This document shows positions 1-8,122 of a stretch of DNA of 64,000 nucleotides, one piece after another; the first letter of the stretch is position 1, and every line of letters begins with the position of its first letter. The stretch is from an uncultured Verrucomicrobiae bacterium. GTDB lineage: Bacteria > Verrucomicrobiota > Verrucomicrobiia > Limisphaerales > UBA11358. Location of the stretch: the NCBI GenBank assembly GCA_963830235.1, contig CAWHLR010000035.1, forward strand, positions 29,838 through 93,837, read 5' to 3'. The position numbers and the translations under genes were made by a program. The notes below the pieces were generated by a model that saw nothing but the letters and a program-made list of their open reading frames with translations, had not been told where the DNA came from and made no database searches.

Positions 1-285
1 TACCCTGTCCATTGTGATGCCGATCCTGAACGTGCGGCTTTGCTTTCGCTGAAAAAGCAATTTCGCCACGAGGATAAAGATGAGGATAAAATGACCATCC
101 GCGAAGTTGCGGAATATCTTGCCTGGGAGAAAACCTTTAAAATCGGCGACTCCGTAAAATCTAATTTTCCAAAAGTGGAAACGCCCGCTGATGGCTTTTC
201 AGCTCTGCGGAGAAAATGCCGTGAGATGGATTTTCCATTGGCTCCCTCGAAACGGAAACCGGCTCGGCCCGTCAAATCAAAGTGA
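1..285 (+). CDS. small island protein, 5'-partial; paralog of 543..905
   Basis: The frame is open from base 1; the ORF track starts it at TTG 40. The C-terminal ~45 aa align with 543..905: TIREVAEYL vs TIRQVAQFL, and PADGFSALRRKCREMDFPLAPS vs PADGFSALRRKCREINFPLAPS. Confidence 0.5.
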   Translation, partial: YPVHCDADPERAALLSLKKQFRHEDKDEDKMTIREVAEYLAWEKTFKIGDSVKSNFPKVETPADGFSALRRKCREMDFPLAPSKRKPARPVKSK

Positions 286-500
286 AAAAAGCCAAATCCA
301 AGCCTACTCTGCGAAGCTCGACGGTGAAGCAAATCATCGCCCTTGTCAAAAAGGGTGACAGTTCTGAGGCGGAAATCATTGCCAAATATGGAAGACCCCT
401 TACTTTCGCCGAACGTTTTGCCAGGCATTATTACAATGCTCTCGACGAAGTTCAGGCAGCCGAACGCGGTAAAACGACTTGCCTTCCTTTTCCATCTTAA
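282..500 (+). CDS. hypothetical 72-aa protein
   Basis: The GTG start overlaps the upstream stop (GTGA at 282-285), suggesting translational coupling. No domain recognised. Confidence 0.4.
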   Translation: MKKAKSKPTLRSSTVKQIIALVKKGDSSEAEIIAKYGRPLTFAERFARHYYNALDEVQAAERGKTTCLPFPS

Positions 501-542
501 AGGCACGAATTTGATATTAAATCGTCTGAAGAAGTAAGGGCG

Positions 543-905
543 TTGTGGAAAAAACTTCAAGATAAAGAACGATGCATGGCGGGGATTTTAATAAATGCCA
601 TGAACAGCCACGACAGCGAAATGGTCATGGCTCTCGCCAGAGCGGTTAGTTTTTTCAAGGATAAACGCTATCCGAAGTTTGTCGCCGAAGATCGGGAACG
701 CACCATTTTGCTGGGCATGAAATCACTTATGGAAAGGACGGGCGAAAAACTTACAATCCGGCAGGTCGCGCAATTTCTTTCGATGGATGAATTATCGGCG
801 GGGAAAAAACTTGAAGTTCCGGCGGATGGCTTTTCGGCACTCCGCAGAAAATGCCGTGAGATAAATTTCCCGCTGGCACCATCAAGAAAAATAAGTCGAA
901 CGTAG
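543..905 (+). CDS. small island protein; paralog of 1..285
   Basis: 120-aa ORF sharing the C-terminal PADGFSALRRKCRE-x-FPLAPS block with the first ORF. Confidence 0.5.
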   Translation: MWKKLQDKERCMAGILINAMNSHDSEMVMALARAVSFFKDKRYPKFVAEDRERTILLGMKSLMERTGEKLTIRQVAQFLSMDELSAGKKLEVPADGFSALRRKCREINFPLAPSRKISRT

Positions 906-1001
906 TTCTTCAAATTCTTAAATAAATCAGCAGGCGGGTATTAAGGTCATCAACGTGTAGGGCAACGCAGTTAAACCAGTTGACTCTGCACAGTTGATAC
1001 C

Positions 1002-1235
1002 ATGAGTGAATTAACATCGCAGACCGAGAAACAAAGCCCGCTGGTGACACGTTACGTTGACGCACCCAAGCTGCTTGAAATTCTTTTCGATGAAGCCAGC
1101 CGTCCCAGCCTCCGCTGGATTCGGGACCAACAAAAAGCCAGACGGCTGCCTTTTGCAAAAATTGGCCGTTTAGTTTTTTTTGATCCCATCGCTTGCAAAG
1201 CCGCGCTCGACGCCAAAGGTGCCGGTCGGAGATAA
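1002..1235 (+). CDS. AlpA/excisionase-type helix-turn-helix DNA-binding protein
   Basis: 77 aa. The segment RRLPFAKIGRLVFFDP fits the HTH_17/excisionase pattern. It sits directly upstream of the replication gene, as in P4/PICI-like islands. Confidence 0.6.
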   Translation: MSELTSQTEKQSPLVTRYVDAPKLLEILFDEASRPSLRWIRDQQKARRLPFAKIGRLVFFDPIACKAALDAKGAGRR

Positions 1236-1270
1236 TTTCACCACTTTCTCACCTTCGCCGAGATAAACGG

Positions 1271-2578
1271 ATGAACATTTCCCCATTAGAACCGGCAGGC
1301 CAGAATCCGCTCGCCGTTTTGAGTTTGCAACCGAAACGCGCCGACGCGGTTTATTCGCAGATCGAATGGACGGCCCTTTGCGAGCATCTTCATAATGAAA
1401 ATGACTCTACGCATTTCGTCATGGGATTTCGTGACAACGAAGGGTGCAAAAAATATGTTCGCAGTAAAAAGTTGCCGGTTGGACGGGCAATCTCATGGAG
1501 CTGGGGAAGCATCGCCGGTTCGCCGAAATCCCGTTTGGCCTTTGTCCCCTATTCGGTCAACGCCCAGCAGCAATCGCGTTGGGGCGGGATGGACTTTGAC
1601 GCCCACCAGCCCGACCAGGTTGACAGGGCGCGGGAATTGGCATTTGCCGCTTTCCGGGTATTGTTGAACACTCCCGGTTTTGCCGTGATTCTGGAAACAA
1701 GCGGCAGCGGTGGCTGGCATGTCTGGGCGATCTCGCCGGACTTTCATCCGGCTGGCGAATGGATTCGGGTGCTGAAAACGGTTGCCCTGACCATCGGCAC
1801 AATCATCACCGCCGGCGTCTGCGAAATCTTTCCACCCGATAGTCTGCCGTCTCGTTTCGGCAAAGGAATGCGCGCCCCCGGGAGTTGGAATCCAAGCACG
1901 GATAAATTCAATGAAATCGTCTGGGAAAATTGCCGCACTTCCCTTGAGCCAGTCCTATCGAGGAAGTCAAAAAATACCCCCTTGATTTGCAACGGTTTAG
2001 AAGCTCACTTCCCCGATACAGAGAAAAAAGATTCTTTCTCTCCTCTTTCTTTTTCTAATCCTGTCATCTTGGACCTCCTTCAAAAATATCGGATTGACGT
2101 GTCAAATACTCGTAATGACCAGCTCGCTTCATTAACCGGTGCTGCTTTTCATCAATTAGGCTTCACTATGGCGAGACAAACAGCGCAGGCTCAATTTCAG
2201 CGCAAGTCTGTTTCTACCGAGGCCAGTGAGCAGAAGCACATGGCGAGTTTTGATGATTTGTGGTCCGGGCTCATGGAAAGTTGGGTATCCAGTCTTTCAG
2301 ATTCCGAGCGACAATTTGTTGCCCGGCTGGAAACTGACAAAGAGCGCGATGCGTTTCGGATTGTGCGAAGCTTTGCCCGCAAAGCCGAGCAAGATGGCGC
2401 GGCGGATTTTCCGATTGTGCGCGACAATTTGGCATCCCGGTTGGGCATAACCGGCAAAGGCGCGGCGGGGATTCGGGATAAGCTCGCCCGGTTGTGTGCC
2501 ATTTCCAAGACTGTGGATTATGTCCCGAATAAATCCGCGGCCCGTTTCAAGTGGCTGCTCCCAAAATCATTCAAATGA
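1271..2578 (+). CDS. primase-polymerase (prim-pol) type replication protein
   Basis: ATG 1271 (MNISPLEP) chosen inside ORF 1193..2578. GGMDFDAH (DxD) and ILETSGSGGWHVWAI resemble prim-pol catalytic motifs. The C-terminus looks like a winged helix. The stop overlaps the TerS start (ATGA 2575-2578). Confidence 0.65.
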   Translation: MNISPLEPAGQNPLAVLSLQPKRADAVYSQIEWTALCEHLHNENDSTHFVMGFRDNEGCKKYVRSKKLPVGRAISWSWGSIAGSPKSRLAFVPYSVNAQQQSRWGGMDFDAHQPDQVDRARELAFAAFRVLLNTPGFAVILETSGSGGWHVWAISPDFHPAGEWIRVLKTVALTIGTIITAGVCEIFPPDSLPSRFGKGMRAPGSWNPSTDKFNEIVWENCRTSLEPVLSRKSKNTPLICNGLEAHFPDTEKKDSFSPLSFSNPVILDLLQKYRIDVSNTRNDQLASLTGAAFHQLGFTMARQTAQAQFQRKSVSTEASEQKHMASFDDLWSGLMESWVSSLSDSERQFVARLETDKERDAFRIVRSFARKAEQDGAADFPIVRDNLASRLGITGKGAAGIRDKLARLCAISKTVDYVPNKSAARFKWLLPKSFK

Positions 2579-3183
2579 ATCTCCAAACTGCAAATCACCC
2601 ATTTGAACAACTGCCGCGAGAGTCAAACAAGGCATTCGCCGCGTTCAAGGCATACCTGGACATGGGGCCGGAACGGTCCATAGCTGGCGTTAGCCAGACG
2701 TTAGCCAAATCAATGCCTTTTCTGAAAAGGTGGTCGGTGAAATTTGACTGGCAGGGGCGGGTCGCGGCGTGGGATGCCCATTTTGCCGAATTGGAACGGC
2801 AGGCCATCGAGCGGTTGGCCTGCGAAAAGGCGGTGGAATGGTGGCAATTGCACGAGCCAGCCAAGCGGCAGGCGTGGCTGGAGGCCGAGGAGGCGATTGC
2901 CGACGTTCGGGAGGCACGGCGGCGCTGGCGAGCATCAGGGCGGGTGCCTGGCTTTGAAGGCATGGCGCGGATGCTGGAACTGGCGTTCAAGCTCAAGCAG
3001 TTCGCCGCCGGGATTCCATCGGAGATCAAGGAGGTGCATCAGCACGTCACCGGCACGGTGTCGGTGGAGTGGGAGCAAGCCATCCGCAAAGCCTACGGTC
3101 TACCCGACGATGCGCCGATTGTGGAAGTCGAGCCGGTGGTGCCTCCGGCGAAGCTGGAGGATGGCAAAGGGGGCCAGCCATGA
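2575..3183 (+). CDS. terS: terminase small subunit
   Basis: 202 aa with an N-terminal HTH-like segment (SNKAFAAFKAYLDMGPERSIAGVSQTL) and a coiled-coil middle. It lies immediately upstream of TerL, with an ATGA overlap at 3180-3183. Confidence 0.6.
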   Translation: MNLQTANHPFEQLPRESNKAFAAFKAYLDMGPERSIAGVSQTLAKSMPFLKRWSVKFDWQGRVAAWDAHFAELERQAIERLACEKAVEWWQLHEPAKRQAWLEAEEAIADVREARRRWRASGRVPGFEGMARMLELAFKLKQFAAGIPSEIKEVHQHVTGTVSVEWEQAIRKAYGLPDDAPIVEVEPVVPPAKLEDGKGGQP

Positions 3184-4578
3184 ACGAAGCCGCCGTTTTT
3201 TCCGCCGCCGGCATGAAAGCGGGGTGTCCGCCGTCGCAACTGGTCCGGCTGGTTCACGCCGACGCTTTCCTGCACGAGCGGCAGCTTATGGCCTGTGCTG
3301 CCGCCCGGCTGTGCGACCATGCCGGCGGGCCGACGGCCATCGGTTACGGCGGGGCGCGCGGCGGCGGCAAATCTCATTGGCTGCTGGCACAAATGGGGGT
3401 GGACGATTGCCAGCGCGTCGCCGGCTTGAAATGCCTGCTGCTCCGCAAAGTTGGTAAAGCAAATTTGGAACACTTCGAGGACTTGCGCCGGAAGCTGTTT
3501 AACCGGCTGCCACACGAGTTCTCAGCGTTCCGTGGCATCCTGACGTTTGCCAATGGCTCCCGCATCATTGCCGGCCATTTCCAGAATGAGAAGGATATTG
3601 ATGCCTATCTCGGCCTGGAATACGACATCATCGGGATCGAGGAGGCCACGACGTTGACCAGCCGGAAATACCAGGACATCACGACCTGCTGCCGTAGTTC
3701 AAAACCGAACTGGCGTCCGCGCATCTATTCGACCACCAACCCCGGCGGCGTGGGCCATGCTTGGTATCGGACGAAATTCATCGTGCCATTTCAAGAAAAA
3801 CGCGAGATGGAAACGCGCTTTATCCCCGCCCGTGTCACTGACAATCGCTGGAACAATCCTGATTACGTCCGGGTGCTGGAGGGTTTGACCGGCTGGCAGA
3901 AACGGGCATGGCTGGATGGCGATTGGGATATTGCCGCCGGCCAGTATTTCTGCAACTTTCACCGCGAGGTTCATGTCGTCGAGGATTTCGACGATTCGCG
4001 GGCGGTTGAATGGTTTGCCGCACTGGATTACGGCCATGTGCATTACACCGTCTGCCTGCTCGGGTGTCGGGATGGCGACGGGAACACGTTCGTCGTGGAT
4101 GAACACGCGGAGCGGCTTTGGCTGCCGCAGCGCCACGCGGCGGCGATCAAGGCGATGCTGGCACGGCACAAAATCGGCGACCGGAAACTGGCCGTTCGAG
4201 GATCTCCGCCGGTTCGTGGCCGGCGCGGATGTGTTTTCCCGCCAGGGCGACGGAACCACCGTCGCGCAACAATACGAACGGCAGGGAATCCGGCTGCGCG
4301 CAGCCAACATGGACCGCGTGAATGGCTGGGCGGAAATCTTGCAGCGGTTCGGCGATGTCGAGGCCGGGATTCGCCCGACGCTTTTCATTCACAAGCGGTG
4401 CGGGCGGCTGCTCGAAACGCTGCCGGCGTTGCAACATGATCCGAACCGGCCTGAAGATGTCTTGAAGGTGGATTGCGACGAGGACGGCATTGGCGGCGAC
4501 GATGCGGCGGATGTCCTACGCTACATGGTGGCGACGAAATCGCGGGCGATCACGCAACGAAAGTTGCGGGGGTTGTAG
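3180..4578 (+). CDS. terL: terminase large subunit, interrupted by one frameshift near 4185-4200
   Basis: Walker A-like GGARGGGKS, acidic IGIEEAT, and NPGGVGHAWY. The C-terminal nuclease part (FVAGADVFSRQGDG ... DRVNGWAEIL ... DDAADVLRYM) continues in the frame of ORF 3916..4578. Confidence 0.85.
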
Positions 4579-4591
4579 TGTTTGTTTTCAT

Positions 4592-4637
4592 AGGCAGATT
4601 ATAACACTCGGCGCGTCATTGCGCCCAGCATCTGCCT
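4592..4637 (+). terminator. candidate stem-loop downstream of terL
   Basis: AGGCAGAT (4592-4599) pairs with ATCTGCCT (4630-4637) and encloses an inner GGCGC/GCGCC stem. The T-run at 4649-4653 is distal, so this is not a canonical terminator. Confidence 0.35.
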
Positions 4638-4695
4638 TCTCATCCAATCTTTTTAGGCGTTGCGACTGCGACTTGATCCCGAAAAACGCTACGAC

Positions 4696-4956
4696 CTACT
4701 TAGCAAGAATCAGAACTGTAGATCCCGATCTTAGCATCGTCGATGTTCTTACTTTCCACCCGTCCGCTCCGAGTGTATTCAACTGCGCTTCGAGTTGTTG
4801 CGCTTCCGAAATTTCTTGGCAGTTGATAACTTTGTAATGTTCTCCTCCACTGAGTTCGGCTGCTTGAGTCTGACGAGGCAGAAGCGTGAAGCTGGAAATG
4901 ATGACTGCGATACCAAGTGTTGCAGCAATTAGGATTGCTTTTATTTTTGTTTTCAT
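4696..4956 (-). CDS. membrane-anchored DUF4177-like protein
   Basis: N-terminal hydrophobic segment. The C-terminus YKVINCQEISEAQQLEAQLNTLGADGWKV...VLILAK fits the DUF4177 pattern (YKV...LN.LG.eGWel...). Confidence 0.55.
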   Translation of the reverse strand: MKTKIKAILIAATLGIAVIISSFTLLPRQTQAAELSGGEHYKVINCQEISEAQQLEAQLNTLGADGWKVRTSTMLRSGSTVLILAK

Positions 4957-5330
4957 ATGTTTGGCTTTTTCTGGTTAGTTTTCGTTTTTTTGAGGTTATT
5001 GCGCTGGGCGTGTAGCATACGCCTAACATTGTTATCATGCCACAGAGCATTCCCGACGGCATGCACGGCTGACTTTTCTATCTGTGGCATGTGTCATAGG
5101 GTTATGAAAGCGGACTTGCGAATTACTGTCAAAGATAATTCGCCGGTTGAAATGGAGTCCAGAGGTCGTTGACCTTTGGCGCGGTCTGGTGCGCGTAACA
5201 CTAGCGCCGGGGTTTGGGGACGGCGTGAGTCCCCAACAACATTGGCTGCGCGGCTGACGACCATCAAAGGCGTCAGCCGCGAAAAATTTTGCGCCCGGCG
5301 CGGTGGCGTCGGGTGCAAGTTGTGTGTCGG

Positions 5331-5732
5331 TCAATCTTCGTCCGGCATCATCACGGTGATGGCGGGTTGCGGGTCGTCCATGTCGAGCGGGCCACAAGTG
5401 GCGATCAACTTCACCAGCTTGGCGCGGTGGTTGTCGTTGCGGACATACATGGCGACGGGGATGCGGTCGCAACCTGGGCGGCTGCGGATGATTCCGAAAC
5501 GGGTCATCCAGACAATATCCCAAAGGCGTCCGGCTTCATCCTGACCGGTCACGCCTTCCGGCACGGCGACGTAAGCATCAAAAACCGTGCGGGTCAAAAA
5601 CATCGGGAATTTGATGCCCGCCTCTTGCGCGGTCTTGGTCACGTCAACCTGCACGCCGTCGGCGACGGCTTGTGCGCGGGTGTAGGCGTAAATGACAGGG
5701 CCGAATGGTGATTCTTGGTTGTTTGTGTTCAT
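5331..5732 (-). CDS. conserved small MGE protein of the type I recall from conjugative-element leading/antirestriction regions
   Basis: 133 aa. FGPVIYAYTRAQAVADGVQVDVTKTAQEAGIKFP...DEAGRLWDIVWM matches a family I remember next to ArdC-like genes. This is a recollection only and was not checked against a database. Confidence 0.55.
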   Translation of the reverse strand: MNTNNQESPFGPVIYAYTRAQAVADGVQVDVTKTAQEAGIKFPMFLTRTVFDAYVAVPEGVTGQDEAGRLWDIVWMTRFGIIRSRPGCDRIPVAMYVRNDNHRAKLVKLIATCGPLDMDDPQPAITVMMPDED

Positions 5733-5777
5733 AATCGGGTAAAGGAATGGGGCGGCTTGAACCCGCCCCGGTGTAAA

Positions 5778-6194
5778 TCACGTGGGGCGCACGTCGGCGG
5801 GGAAATAGCTGGAAAACTTCTGGTGCGGGTCGGTCTGGCTGCCCAAACGGAACACTCCGCACGGGTGCTGCCATGCCTGCCGCTCGCGGTTCCAATGGAA
5901 ACCAAGCTGCGCCAACTGCTGCCGCAACTCCGGCGCGGGTGTCTCGCGGAACGCAACCCAAATCCACCTGCCGACAACCTCGGCGAGATTGAACAAACCC
6001 GGATTGCTGGTTTTCAAAAGTTCCAAAACTTTGGTGATAGGCAAGGTGCGGTTTTTCTTCCGCGCCTCGGCATCAATCGGCAAACGATTGTCCGGCTTCT
6101 GCGCTGGCGCTTCCGCTGCTGCGGTGTTGTTACTACTCAACTGTGCGGATCTGCTCCCGAGCCCCTGAACCGATTTTTTGTTATTTGTTTTCAT
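5778..6194 (-). CDS. conserved small MGE protein (GFHWN...WQHPCG C-terminal motif)
   Basis: ATG 6194 (MKTNNKK) chosen inside ORF 5778..6539. EVVGRWIWVAF...LAQLGFHWNRERQAWQHPCG is a motif I recall from ICE/plasmid accessory regions. It forms an operon with 5331..5732. Confidence 0.5.
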   Translation of the reverse strand: MKTNNKKSVQGLGSRSAQLSSNNTAAAEAPAQKPDNRLPIDAEARKKNRTLPITKVLELLKTSNPGLFNLAEVVGRWIWVAFRETPAPELRQQLAQLGFHWNRERQAWQHPCGVFRLGSQTDPHQKFSSYFPADVRPT

Positions 6195-8122
6195 GGTCTT
6201 TTTTTTACTGCTCTGCTGTGCGTCTTCTGTCCGTCGCCCTTCACGAAAAAGCGGAGCCGCCAGCCCTCCCTGCGGAAGGAATCCATAGGAAGGTCGCCGC
6301 GTAGGGCGGGCTGGTATTGCGGTGACGCCGTGAGGGCGATGGAGAGAAACGGTGAGCAGAAAAAACCGGACCTGAAAACTTGGCAGCGCCACTTGCTTTA
6401 GCGCCGCCCCCTGGGGATGGAGGGGGCAAAGGCGCAACGGGGTGGGTGGGGGATTTGGGGAAGCAGACCCGGCTGGTCGTTTCACCTCGGCGCTTGGCGT
6501 GAACGGATGCCTGCGAACTGGCGCGCTGGCTGCCCGCACGAGCGCGAAGGTGCGGATTAGCAGTCAGCGTGACAGTGAAGCAGCGGTGCTGCACACAACG
6601 GCACATTGTGCGACCCTTTATTCCGTGCAGAAGGGCACCCGCGAGCGGGGAGTGTCTGCACGAAAAGAATAAAGGTGTGGAACGAGGAACGAGTGGAACG
6701 AACGCACAATGTGTGTTGTGTGAACCACCGGAAGCAAAGCCGACGCCCAGCCTCGGAACGCAGTGAGAAGCGTAGCGTCGGCTGGTCCTTCATGCCAACT
6801 GCGCCGCCATTGGCCAATCTTTTGCCGGGTCTGCGGTTCTTGCGCCGGTGCGAGCAGCCGCGTCCGCACAGCACGGGCGCTCTGACCTGAAGCGGCAGTC
6901 TGCGACCAATCGTGCAGGCACAGACGCGCAGGAACGAGCATCGTAGCCGAAGCCATTGGTCGCAGTCTGACGCGCCGTTCGTTTGGCGAGTCGCGCCAGC
7001 GCGAGTGCGGCTTGTTCTGACTCCTGAGCGAGTGCTGTTTACGGTCACATGGAGCGCAAGGGCTGCTGCTGCCAGGGTAACAGGGAGCAGCAGGCAGACA
7101 GTGCGCGGAGAGTGACGCTCAGGTGTCAGACCAATTTGGTTTTATCAGTGAGGTCGGACATTCTTCCGGGCGGCGAAATGGAGCGCCAGCGGAGAGTAGC
7201 GTCCGGAAAATGGCCGTGCTCACGGTTAATGCCGATTGTCTTGGCCGGGCGGAGCCTCGCGGCCTATTGCGGTGTCTTGCCCCGTGCGAAGCATCGCGGG
7301 CTATTGCTGGTCCTGGCCGGACGAAGTCTCGCGGCCAACCGGCGCAATCGGATTGCGATATTGCTGGTTCATGTCGGGCGGAGCCTCGCGACATCCTGCT
7401 GGTGTTTCTTGGGTGCGCCCGATCTGAGGCCGGTCTCGTCTGTTTGCGGCCGTCGGAACAAAGCGATAGCGCTCCGCCGGTGCGAGCCGCACCTGCCTTC
7501 GGCGGATCGCGGCAGCGGAGTGGAGCGGTCTGCAAAGCTGGCGAGTCCGGCCAGGGCGCGGGCGGAACAGTGCCGATACTTGCCACGAACGTTTTCGTGG
7601 AAGCGTCGGCTCTGTGAAGCCTGGACTGCTGTTTTGCGCCGCGATAGCGGCGTTGCCAATTTCTTTTCTTCCGCGAAGCGGCCATCTTTTCTTTTCATGC
7701 CTGACCCTCGCGCCCTGAAACCGTTGGAAAACCTGGACGGTTGGATTGCTCAAGAGACATTCGATGAAGATGGGTCGTCCAACGTGCGCGCGAGGGTAGC
7801 CCAAGCGCCGCCGGGGATGACGTAGTAAAACCCGTGAAGGCGGCGCGGTGCCGGCGGGTGGGGCCGGGGATGACGTTGGTGGCATGAGGCGCGTTGGATT
7901 ACCTGAAAACTTTCGCCGAAGCCGATGACAGCCCCACCCGACGTGCATGGGCGTCAGGCATACGCGCGCACGGCCATGACGCTGGCAAATGGATGCCTTT
8001 CGACGTGTGGGCGCATCGTAGGTTGTTGAGCACGCGAATGGAGTGCAGCGCGAACCAAAGTTTCGTTGAGCGAAGCGAACCAACTTTGTCTTTGAAGGAC
8101 GAACGAGGTTGAAGGTTATTAA
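6195..8122. other. ~1.9 kb ORF-free, hairpin-dense GC-rich region; candidate structured RNA, ssDNA element or origin
   Basis: Only R/P/C/G-rich shadow ORFs overlapping in all frames. Multiple long complementary stems, G-tract clusters and tandem repeats (see findings). Confidence 0.5.
7237..7402 (+). repeat. four tandem degenerate ~36-nt hairpin units, with a possible fifth to 7441
   Basis: U1 7237-7272 is TGTCTTGGCCGGGCGGAGCCTCGCGGCCTATTGCGG. U2 7273-7310 is TGTCTTGCCCCGTGCGAAGCATCGCGGGCTATTGCTGG. U3 is 7311-7367 and U4 is 7368-7402. Each unit has a GGCCG..CGGCC-type stem. Confidence 0.6.

Noticed and set aside
4185-4200. Programmed ribosomal frameshift in terL
   Set aside because: There is no slippery heptamer or downstream structure, and terminases are not known to need one. 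A sequencing indel or a mutation is more likely.
7237-7441. Possible CRISPR array
   Set aside because: The repeats are directly adjacent with no spacers. They are degenerate, and no cas genes are present in the window.
7049-8083. ORFs 7049..7825 (+) and 7301..8083 (-) inside the ORF-free region
   Set aside because: They are mutually overlapping, Cys/Arg/Pro-rich and have no recognisable motifs. Part of their length merely translates the tandem hairpin repeats (LAGRSLAA...). Treated as noncoding.
6195-8122. Group II intron or retron
   Set aside because: The region and its flanks contain no reverse-transcriptase ORF. I could not recognise a domain V-like motif or intron boundary sequences by eye. 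This remains unproven without a covariance-model scan.
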